Positions 26,688 through 37,696 of a stretch of 64,000 nt of DNA are shown here, in pieces. A model generated the notes under the pieces. That model was not told where the DNA came from, did no database searches, and saw only the letters and a list, made by a program, of their open reading frames with translations. The first letter of the stretch is position 1. Each line of letters opens with the position of its first letter. The position numbers and the translations under genes are program-made. The stretch lies in NCBI GenBank assembly GCA_051294375.1, contig CM119267.1, positions 24,172,111 through 24,236,110 on the forward strand. Direction: 5' to 3'. The DNA is from Paraspadella gotoi. Taxonomy: Eukaryota > Animalia > Chaetognatha.

Positions 26688-27511
26688 AAATTCGCTTATT
26701 TGTCTAAATGAGCGATTCTGATTAATTCGTTATATCTATACAAAATATTTATATATGAATTAGGTTTTGATTGTGATTGTGATCGTTCTCTGTGTGGCTC
26801 TCTTTTCTTAAACTTATAACCCCATTCCCTAATCCTTAATCTAATCCCTAATCCTTAACCCTAATCCTTAACCTTAAACATTATCCTAATCCATTACATT
26901 AATCAACAAATCAATCCCTAACCTTTTACCTTAAACTAATTGAGAATTTAATGGGTAAAAAACTGGATGTACACCTCTGCCCTGACTCCCATATCTTAGG
27001 TTAACTTTATATTTAATGATTAATGCTATGTAATTCATATCTGTTGATTCGCAGTTCAACAATAAAGACTTTGTGAAAGACGATTGTGTGTTAACATGCC
27101 CGGGCAGAGGTGTATTAACGTGCCAGCGTGTTCTTGTGGGCTCACCAATGTGGAAGACGATGCCGCGAGCAGTGCACCGTGCGTTCCACACAAGGTCCCG
27201 AACACAAGGTCCGTCACTACAGGTGGGTTAGACGCCCCGGTTTGGGAGGAGCTCGTGCTACCTGCGACGAGTCACATGGTATTAAATACTATTAAATAAT
27301 ATTAAATAATATTAAATACTTCCTGCGACGAGTAACGGGGTATTAAATACTACCGATACAACTTCAATATTTTCGGTTCGTTATTTTTATATAAAAAAAG
27401 TAAATTGATAAGAAGCTCTTGACCAGAATCGAGGGAACCTTTTAATAAATGCTTTTTTTATTTAATATATCATTTAGTCATAAATATTAAGCCCGTAGCG
27501 CGTCTTTCGTT

Positions 27512-27855
27512 GAGATATGTCATCTCCCAAATCCTCCGCCCCGCGGGGTGGCTCTAGGGGCGGCCCCAGGGGGCAGACTATTCCAGGGGGAGCAGCAAAA
27601 TGGTCATTGAGGGGGCGCCCCTAATAGACCCAAAATGTTTGCCCCAGGGGGAACCCCCCTGGGGCGGCCCCCTGGGGCCAAAAAAAGTCTGCCCCAGGGG
27701 GTAATCCCTTGGGGAGCAAAAAAGTGCTCCCCCTGGGGCGAGTTAAGGAGAGAGCAAAGTTTAGATAAAAAAATATACTTTCTAACAATGTTATTGTATC
27801 TGAGAATCTCTCCCTGTCTGTTACTCTCTCTTTCTCTCTTTCTCTTTCTCTCTCA

Positions 27856-27909
<54 letters not shown>

Positions 27910-29614
27910 TTTTTTTCTCTTTTTTTCTTTTTCTTTTTTTCTTTTTCTTTCTCTCTTTCTTTCTCTCTCTCTATCTTTTTCTCTCTCTCTATCTTTCAAG
28001 ACTTGTTTTATGTAACTAAAAAAAATATACATTTTTTAAAAATTATTGTTAACTCGTTTATTCCATATTTTATCTAAAAATTATAATATTTGTATTTTTG
28101 AACTTAATTATTTTATTTCAATTAAAAGATATAGAAACAAGTTTGAGCAAACAATGTATGACGTGGCCATAATATTTAGTGGTAAGAAGCTAATCAGTCA
28201 TCTGTCTTTTTTTTTCTTTCCTTTTTTTTTCCTTTTTTTTTTCTTTTTTTTTGGATGGACATACTGATGGACTGATAGAGAGAAACATAATATTTTAAAA
28301 AAATATTCATAATTTGATCTTCAAAAAAAAATTAAAATAAAGATCATACAATAAACAAATAATAGCAGTAATCGACAGATCTACTTAGTGAATTATGGAG
28401 TCCCCCCAAAAAAAATATTCATCAAGATTTTTAATTCATGATCAACATTAAATGAGTTCCACATCGTGAAATAAATTGTTTTCATTTAAGATTTGTAATT
28501 AAAAATTGTCAGTTTATAGATTCCTCTGATGAACTCACGTTGTTGAGAAAGAGCTGATGGTTTGAGAGAGAGAGTGAGCAAAACTTTATATCTAGCTCAA
28601 TCACACACTTTTCTACCCAGACACAAGATTTCATTCCAATCCATATATCTAATCACGAATAATTTGAGTTAATGCTAATGTGGGACAGACTTAAAGACTG
28701 ATATTATAATTAATTAATTAATTAATTAATTATTTTTATAAGTGAATTAAAAAACCATCCTACTCTTTATTCTACTATTTAAAATTCATCATGAATTAAA
28801 GATAAAATTTTGTATGTTGGTAAAAAGTGTGCAAGTGAAAGTGAGTTTTAATGGAAAAACAAAAAGTCACATTTACTTGAATTATGCCAAGTTGACCAAT
28901 TATCCAAGTTGTCTTAAATTTATGCAAGTTTATCAAATTCTAAAAGTTGACCAAATTATATCAGTTAAACCAAGATTAGTCAGTTGACTCGTGAACGCTA
29001 TGCACGCACGTAACACACGCGTACGCTAGACGCTGATAGCTTGTACCAGAGCATATCACTGTCGTGGTTGGCCGCATTATCCTTACCCTAGCCCGATCTT
29101 CATCACGTGCACCATTTCGCTATCTATGCTGCCAATCTGTGATCACGTCGCGTGGCTATTCTACTATCTGATCGCGTACCTGAACATCGATCCCTAGCCT
29201 CCTCGCATCGATCTCTGCTCTCCCTCCTAGCCTCTCCGATATATCGCGGCATCGCCTGATTTTTCATTATTTTTATTTTAATCAAAAGATGCAAAAAAGA
29301 AAGAGGTAGAGAAGAGAGAGAGAGGGAGAGAGAGAAAGAGAGGAGAGGGAGAGAGAATTAGGAGGGAAAAAGAGCCATTCCAGGGGGCAGGCAAATTCAT
29401 GCCCCCGGGGGTGGCCCCCAGGGGAAAGGTTTTTCTAGCCCCTGGGGGATTCCCCCTGGAGTGGCCCCTTGGGGCCCAAAAAAAGAGGCTACAGGGGGCC
29501 GCCCCTAGGCAGTAAGGATTTGCTTGCCCCCCGGGGCCGCCCCGCGGGGCCACCCCGCGGAGCCGCCCCTAGCAGCGCCCCCGGGGGAGGCGATTCTGAA
29601 GGATGACATACTTG
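27512..29614. mobile_element. Non-autonomous cut-and-paste DNA transposon (hAT/P-like, 8-bp TSD)
   Basis: TSD CTTTCGTT at 27504-27511 and 29615-29622; imperfect TIRs GAGATATGTCATC / GATGACATACTTG; GC-rich subterminal regions full of CCCCAGGGG/CCCCTGGGG palindromes; no transposase ORF. Confidence 0.75.
28135..28700 (-). mobile_element. Fragment of the 30765-33515 Helentron family nested in the TIR element
   Basis: AAACAAGTTTGAGCAAACAATGT at 28135 is the reverse complement of the 3' hairpin end of that element; 28580-28690 is the reverse complement of its internal repeat unit. Confidence 0.6.
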
Positions 29615-29883
29615 CTTTCGTTGGTCGAGTTTCGTCGGTCCACCTAGAAGATATAAGGACTATCTAGTATCAACGTTACCACATAAACTGGTAATAAAAA
29701 AAAAGAGTTATGGAGATGCGTGGTAGCTTTGTCAAAAAATAAAAGCTAAAATCAATGAAAGGGTCTCGGGTGACAAAAATGTCACGTACGTTGCCGTTCT
29801 AAAGGGCGATTTTGGAGATGAGACAAACATAAATTTAATCATAAAAGTCACTATTCTCGTCATTTTTCAACTTTCTTTTAAAA

Positions 29884-32361
29884 ATGTATTTATCAACTCT
29901 GGAACGAAGAGAAATGTGGTTTGTGTCGTCTGCTTCATTGTGTTCGTCCTCGACGGTTTTAGAATCTTGAAGACAAAGCCCGACTTTGGCATTTGCTCGC
30001 GAGTGGCGACGCTAAAAATAGCGGGTAGAGCGAGAGTGCCTGTGAAATTGTGAATTATTCAAACTGTCCAGTGTAAATATCCCGCCTTTCAAAACAACAT
30101 TTCATCCACTGTTTTATGGCAGAAAACTTTGCATTAAATGGACCAGGTAAGCTTTACTTTGTTCTTCATTTATGCATTTTTAGATGCTACGCGCCTACCC
30201 GCGGAGCATCTCTATAAGTCACTTTTCCGTCGGTCGGTCTGTCGGTATGTCTGTCCGTCGGTCTGTCCCACTTACGTGAAAGATGCTCATAACTCGCTTA
30301 TAGTTGGTTAATCATTTGTTAACAGGAAATCGAAGCAATTACTACTATAAAAAAATCTTATATAAACTATAAAAAATAAAAGTTGATATTCCAATGGATG
30401 TGTCGAAAGTACACGGAAATACACGAGATAACAAAGTCACTGCGGCGCAACACATTTAAATTTTTTTTTCGTTATGTAGAGGTACATTTATTAGCAATGA
30501 TACAATATTAGCGATATGTTGTTACAATGCGAGATCGTGAGAGAACTAAAGGTAGAGAGCGCGGCACTGATCAAGTAAGAGAGAGAGAGATCAGATCAGT
30601 AGCCGGCTTCCCGAGCGACCACCGAACAGAGTGGCCAACTGGGGTCAAATCCGTGGCGACGAAAACGTCGTCGCCACAGTTCTTGTTTAATGAAAAAGAG
30701 ATATATAAGTGTCGACTATTTGTCTTTATTTAAACAAGTTGTCCCGGTTGACTGATGGCTAAGATTTTTAGTCGGATCTGCTTATCAGCAGATCCCGACT
30801 CTATAACTCACTTTATTACTTCACTTTTTCGGTCCGTCGGTCCGCCCCTCAATTTGTCGGGGCACACACTTATATCATGTCAGAACATCGAATTATGATA
30901 AATTATGCAAAAAAAATGATGTCCGTCCGTCCGTCTGTCTGTCCGTCCGTCCGTCCGTCGTCGTCCGTCCCACTTAGCAAAAACACCAATTACTCGTGAT
31001 TGGATGGATGGATTTAATTGAAATTTTGTGTGTGGATAGGTAAGTGTGTGATTGAGCTGGATATTAAGTTTCGATGGAATCGTCCGAGTGGAAATGAGTT
31101 TATATGGAAAAAACAAAAAAAATATATTCACTATTGAACACCAATTGCTCATGAGTGGATGGGCTGATTGACCTGGAATTTTGTATGTGGGTAGGAAAGT
31201 GTGTGATTGAACAGGAAATCAAGTTTCGATGGAATAGTTTGAGTGGAAATGAGTTTAAATGGAAAAAACAAAAAACCTGTTTACTAATTGATTATGCTCT
31301 TTTTTCCTTTTATATTAAATGTATCTGCAGGATGTATTAATAAATCAAATAATTAATCAGTTAATTAATCAATTAGTAAATAAATTAATCAATAATTAAT
31401 TAATTAGTCAATCAATCCGTCCATCCGTCCCATCTTAGCAAAAAAGCTCCAATAACTCGTGATTGGCTGGTTGGATTGGAATTAAATTTTGTGTGTGGGT
31501 AGGAAAGTGTGTGATAAAGCTGGATATAAAATTTCGATGGAATCGTGTGAGTGGAAATTAGTTTAAATGGAAAAAACATAAGTCGAATTTACTAAAATCT
31601 TTTTACTTATTTTAACCAATAAATACTCCCAATAATCATAATTGGATGGATAGATTGAGTTGAAATTTTGTGTGTGGGTAGGAAAACGTATGACGAAGCT
31701 TGATATAAAGTTTCAGTGGAAACGTACCAGTGGAAATGAGTTTAAATGAAAAAAATATGAGTCACATTTACTTGAATCTTTTTATTTATTTTAACCCATG
31801 ATAGATTGAGATGAAATTTTGTGAGCCGGTAGGAAAGTGAGTGAAGAAGCTAGATATAAAGTTTTGACGGAATGCAAGTTGAAAAAATTATGCAAGTTGA
31901 AAAAATGATGCAAGTTAAAAAAATCTTAAAAGCATAAGGATCGTCGCTATTGCATAAAAAGAGAGAGAGAGAGAGAGAAAAAAGAGAGTGAGAGAGAGGA
32001 GAGAGAGTGAGAGAGAGAGAGAGAGAGAGAGAAGGAGACATAAAATAAAAAAATCTTAAAGACTCAAGATCGAGCCAGAGCCCACTATCATAGAAAATTA
32101 ATGAAAAAACCGGGAAAAACAAATGAATCATGCGATAACGAATTGTTGATGACTAGTAATTGATTGATGTAATAGTAATTTATTGATGTAATAGGAATAG
32201 ATTATTGATTCGATGATAATCAATTATTGATGCGATGATAGTCATTCACTGCTGTGATGATAGTCATTCAGTGATGCGATGATTGTCATTCATTGATTCG
32301 ATGATTGTCATTCATTGATGCGATGATAGTCATAAAACAAACAAATGCGTGTATGAGTGAA

Positions 32362-32393
<32 letters not shown>

Positions 32394-32412
32394 AAGAGAG
32401 AGAGAGAAAGAA

Positions 32413-32455
<43 letters not shown>

Positions 32456-32951
32456 AAGAGAATAAATCCACGAAAATCTCGGATGAAAATATGGGATTTG
32501 TATTGAAAAAAAGCGCGGAATAAATGGCAATAATAAAAAGTTTTAGAAGGAAAAAATAATCAGAATTTTTCAAAAAACAAACGATCACGCAAAGATCGGA
32601 CAGATAGGGACAGACACACACACAGAGAGACAGAGAGACAGAGAGAGAGAGAGAAAAAGAGAGAAGAGAGAGAGACAGCCGCTGCAGAGAAAAAGAGAAT
32701 ATATAATTATATATATGAATTGGTACAACCAATATAAAATATATAATATAAAAATAATAATAATTAAAAGAGAGAGAGAGAGAGAAGCTCTACAGCCCCT
32801 TTACTCGTTAAAGAATCAGCAGTACTTATGCGCGCCGCACGTGCGTGAGCTATTCTCTACCCAAAGGACCCGGGTTCGCGCCCTGTTCGCGGCATCGTTT
32901 TTTACATTAGTGAACCACATTATATCTAAAAATTTTTTGTAAAAAAAAAGA

Positions 32952-32988
<37 letters not shown>

Positions 32989-35900
32989 CTGGACAGAACG
33001 CTGCAGAGGCCGGAACTCGTTTTTAGAAGAAGCAGTGACGGAGAAAAAGAGAGAGAGAGAGAGCGACATATAATTAAAACGTTTTTGTTTTGTAAATAAA
33101 ACATAAACAAATACCAATATTGATATGAAACATGAGAATTTAAAAGATCTTGATGATTAGAAGCCATATATGAAAATTCAACTCCTATGATATCACACTT
33201 TCAGAAGCCATGATTGCAAAAAGCGAGACCGAAAGCTAAACCGAAAAAAAATCTAGACAGGACGGGCTTTGCCCGCCTGGCTCGATAATAGAGGATATTT
33301 GTTTGTTTTGATAAAATGTAAACAAAACATTTAATAACTGTCCTGACTCAATTTTAAGGACATCGATGATGACAAGCTGAATATAAATTATAATTAATCT
33401 ATTAATTAATTAATTAATTAATCTATTAATTAATTAATTAATCTATTAATTAATTAATCAATTAATTAATTAATTATCGTAGGCAGATCCGACATTGTTT
33501 GCTCAAACTTGTTTTAAGACTATCATTATCAACCTTATCTATGTGAATAATAAAAAATAAAGACCATCCGTATTTCAAACTTCTAAATGCAAAAATAAAC
33601 CGATCTGTATTGTTTAGAGATAAATATTTTCATTAAAAAAAACCCAGCAACTTCGGCTTCTCATTCTTTCACTCCGAATTTTCTTGTGGACGGGAAATGG
33701 ATGCGAAATGGATCACTTGGCGATTTCACTCAGATATGCTTCGCTACAAACTTCGAGGCAGAACCCAACATCTTTGTTGATTTGAAAAGAGAGACTTTCG
33801 TAAGGAAAGTTGTTCTTTACAACAAGTTGGGAATATTCACTGGCGATGGAAAGACTTTTCTTTATAGTCTTAACCTTAGAATTTTAAAGTTAATATTTTC
33901 AAGATTAAAGTTTGCCAAAAAAAATATGAGACAAGTATATAATATTTTGATGTTGAAGGCTTTTGGTTTTGGTGGTTTTTGAAAAACCACTTAAAAATAT
34001 TTATTTTTAACCCTAAACCCTCTTAACCCTAACTACCCCTAACCTTAAACCACCCTAAACTACCCTTAACCCTAACCCCTTCCTAACCCCAGTCGGCGAG
34101 AGTAAAATTAACCCAATTATATAGTAGTTGCTACAACAAAATAGAAAAAGAGAAGATTATATTGGTTGTACATATTATTATTTTTCAGAATTGACTATTA
34201 GAGTTCCCCAGCCTCAAAAAAACCCCATACTAAGTTCTCACTCGGTCCGGTTTCCCATTATTTCTTGTCTTAAATTCACTTTAAAAGCCTGTTTGACCAC
34301 AAAATGTTTTGCTAATAACCCAATAGAGCGTCAAAGTGAACTCGTACTGATGCAAAAAAAATATAGCGCAAAATGATAATAATTTTTTAAAGAAAGAGGT
34401 TTAATATGCTATAACATAAGGATTTTTTGACAATTTAGTTAAAAAACACCAGAAGCTTCTTCTCTTATTTCTGTTTTATTAATTTTAAAAATATCTTATG
34501 ATAGGGCGTGCCTTAACCGGAAGTAAAGTTTTCACTGTTCACTTTTCAGCCTATAAGTGTTTTTATTGTTCCAATTTTAATGAAATTAATTTTAAATGCA
34601 TCAAAAAGTTATATTTTTATTATATTTTATTATTCTGATAATCTGACAAATTATTGTTATAATTATTATTATTGTTTTTGTTTGCTGCTTCAGAGCCGCA
34701 GCAAGGAAGGGCATCGATGGAAAAAAGTGCCGATATTTAGACGTGAGATAGCATGATTATCGAATACATTGCTCATATTGTTTGGGAAACAGTATCATAA
34801 AATTCAATTAATCAATTATAACATTTCATATAAGATAGGAAATTTTCAAAATAATAATAATTATATTTTGGCTTTCCTTTCGCTAAGTTTGAAATTTAAG
34901 GAAAATAAAAGTTTTATAATTTATTGTTTACAAACAGAAAATCAAAGTTTTATTGAATTGTGCAACAAATTTTTATTAATATACATTTAAATGTAATAGA
35001 CGGCTGATGAGGCTGGAATATTACAAGCCGAAACATGTCCGTATTTGAACAAATAAAAATTTGTTGCACAATTCATAAAACTTTGATTTTCTCTTAACTC
35101 ATCAACAACGAAAAAAGAAAAGATTATCACATATGTTTATAAAAAAATTTTTTGGTTTCAAACAACCAGACATGTTTCGGATTTATGGTAGTATTTTCCC
35201 AAAGAATTTATCCCTGATCCAAACAGCATCAACTCGACATTACTGTCCGGCAGTTCTCCTCCAACTTCGAATGGTTTTAGGACCGTTATATTTTTTTAAC
35301 CAATATTTTGTTTTATTTTCGCTTGTTTATAAACAAATCAATGCTTTTACTCCCTTTGTGCCCATTTTAAACTGTAATAAACAATTTTTGAATCCTCCTT
35401 TGTCGCCATTTTTAAAATCAGTCAGAAAGTGAGGCAGCTCAAACTATTCACAATTTCATAATCTCTTTCTCTCTCTCTCTCTGCAACCCACAGAGTTGAA
35501 ACATGTCTATTGAGGATTTTGCTGTAACGCAGTGAGCAAGCTAGTATATTTTCACTTGCTATTTATTTCTAAAAATTTGAATAATATGAAATTTAGTAAA
35601 TTTATTATATTATTTCCATTCTTTTCGTTGTGTATAAATAGTTAGAGAAAACAAAGTTTGTTTGTTTGATAACGATTTTTATTTACATTGGACATGTTTC
35701 GGCTCTTGCTTTAAGCCTTCATCATGTTTTCTCTAAGTAAATTTATTGTAGTAGACATAACATGGGCGTGAGACATGAATCATTTAGCAAGTCGAAGAGA
35801 GACTATTTCTCAACATAAAAAATAAAAACTTATTAAAAAACAGTCAACTTTAAACTTAACATAAACTTAACAAAATTGAAAATATAACATTTTAAATGCT

Positions 35901-37099
35901 TACCGACTGTCACGAATCATTGGTAAGTTATCCTCACAGTTTTAGGTAAGAACGTCTCTTTTATACCTTTGGGTAAGGAAAACAGTCATAAGGACGTTAA
36001 AAATACTTGTTTAATTAGATATTTCGTGGCGACAAAAAAACGAATTCTATGGTGGACTAAAATCCACCAACCCTTCATCAGAGGCCATTGGTCCGGTGGT
36101 CGTCTGGCAGTTAAGAGGGACGGGGCGCTTAACCCGCCCGAAGCTCAGGGACTGCTTACATTGAGCGGTTCTGTCACTAACACATAACAAATATCACTGT
36201 CTCTTCAATTCAATAATAAAAGGGGGCATTAAACAACCGAGAGTCTATCTCGTTATAAATCAAAATTTAACCTTGTCCGTTTTTTGGAAAAAAAAATCAT
36301 TGTTTGTAAACAATAAAAACTTTGTTTTCTCTAAACATAATTCCTATGTTATAATATAATATATATATATATATATACTGTACTGTATCTCTCTACTCTC
36401 TATATATAGGCGTAAGCTCTTCAAATGCTAAGTTTTAGTTCTTTCAATAGCCTTGGTCTAAAATTGTACCTTTTTCTAGGAAAGGTTAATTAAATACTAA
36501 TTCCGGTTATTTTTCCCTTACTTCCGGTTATTTTTACCTTACATCCGGTTTATACAGATGCCCTGTTTTTAAAAAATACATTTTTTAAATAGTTACTTTA
36601 GTTTTGAATCATTGAAAGCAAATTATTTAATAAAAAATTAACAATAGGGGAAAATCATTATTTTTTTCTGAGAAAAAAAATTTACAACACAAGGAATTGC
36701 GCTAATTGACTTTGACGCTTCATTGGGTTGATACGCGGTCACATTTTTTTTTCAGATCTGAGTTAAAACTTATCTAATATTTATAAATAACGAGAAACCG
36801 AACCGAGTGAGAACTTGGAAGACAATTTTTTGATACTGGGGAGGTCTATTGACTATGATATATTTTTCAATTATCTCTTTCCCTTCGCTCTTCGCGTCGG
36901 CAACTCGACTCAACCGACAAAGAATTCGCCTTGTCGGGGAAAAGATTTGGGCTCGGCCGACATCTCAGCCGACAAAGACGGACGCATCATCATCGCTTGT
37001 CGGCTGAGAGGCAGAATCCTCAGCGAGGCGCTCTCGTTGAAAGCTGAAAGGGGATTGTTGCAGAGGCATCTCAGCATCTGCGAAATACAGATTTATTAA
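29884..37099 (+). CDS. F-type lectin-fold protein, copy 2 (exons ~29884-30024, 30123-30146, 33648-33826, 36844-37099); start codon out of frame as assembled
   Basis: Paralogous to copy 1: LDGFRILKTKPDFG, ENFALNG, FLVDGKWM, CFAT, PNIFVDL..VVLYNK, LFPFALRVGNST..C, C.LRGR..HLSICEIQIY. Introns expanded by TE insertions; ATG 29884 is one base off the signal-peptide frame. Confidence 0.7.
30177..30452 (+). mobile_element. Short Helentron/HINE-like element copy
   Basis: TTTTTAGATGC..GCGGAGCATCTCTATAAGTCAC, GTCG microsatellite, 3' GCGGCGCAAC. Confidence 0.6.
30765..33515 (+). mobile_element. Helentron-type non-autonomous element (HINE) carrying an internal satellite-like array
   Basis: 5' TTTTTA + subTIR GTCGGATCTGC, adjacent inverted GCAGATCCCGAC, (GTCC)n microsatellite, about 5-6 diverged ~140-190-bp units (30995-31870), 3' subTIR GCAGATCCGAC (33483-33493), hairpin GTTTG-CT-CAAAC, TTGTTTT end. 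Confidence 0.75.
35000..35045 (+). ncRNA. Minimal type I hammerhead ribozyme motif (Penelope pLTR-type)
   Basis: CTGATGA (35004-35010), stem II GGCT/AGCC, GAAAC-AT-GTC core; stem I ACG/CGT with one bulge; flanked by a ~41-bp inverted repeat. Confidence 0.65.
36048..36207 (+). mobile_element. Internally deleted copy of the tRNA-like SINE at 39098
   Basis: Shares TATGGTGGACTAAAATCCACCA head and GCAGTTAAGAGGGACGGGGCGCTTAACCCGCC..TCACTGTCTCTTCA body. Confidence 0.7.
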
Positions 37100-37696
37100 C
37101 TCTATTAATATCAAATATACGGTATGTAAACAGGTTAAACACCGACTGCCTTGAACTAGGTGTGACAGATTGAAGAGAGCAGATTTGTCTTTTGAACGTG
37201 GAGTAGCATTAAATAAGAGAATTCCTTCCTCGATTTGAAAATTCGATGTTTCAAATGTTTCATACAATAAAATTACAAATCTATTAACTTTGCTCCATTT
37301 ATTATTTTCAGTAAACGGAATAATAGATTAAATGTTTCTACTAAATAGTGTTAGTCAAAAAAAAAACCCATCCTGATTATAACAGAATGTATAAAGAAGA
37401 GATTTTCTTTATTTAAAGAAAGATTTTAGCAATTTACCCTACTTCATGGCTAAAATTCTCTCAATAAAGCACAGATTTTTCAATATATAACGTAACTATG
37501 ATTCTGTGAGAAAAATCTTACAAACTATATTTTAATCAATAGCGGCTACCTGCGGCAAAGAGTGCAAATTGTGCAAAATTGTAAACTAGAACGTTAACTA
37601 ACTATAATCAAAAGGATATAATACTGTAAATTAAGAACAAAGAAGTGACTTCCTGAATAAAAAAAAAAGTAAACATTAAATACAACATCGACGCTT

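Larger units (their letters stand above)
34502..36565. mobile_element. Possible degenerate hAT-like TIR element hosting nested insertions
   Basis: Left TAGGGCGTG..AACCGGAAGTAA; right three TTCCGGTT-like motifs ending GCCCTG; no TSD found. Confidence 0.35.

Noticed and set aside
26965-27350. 13-bp inverted repeat and duplicated CCTGCGACGAGT..GTATTAAATACT segment
   Set aside because: Probably a repeat fragment, but single copy in the window and no family features could be assigned.
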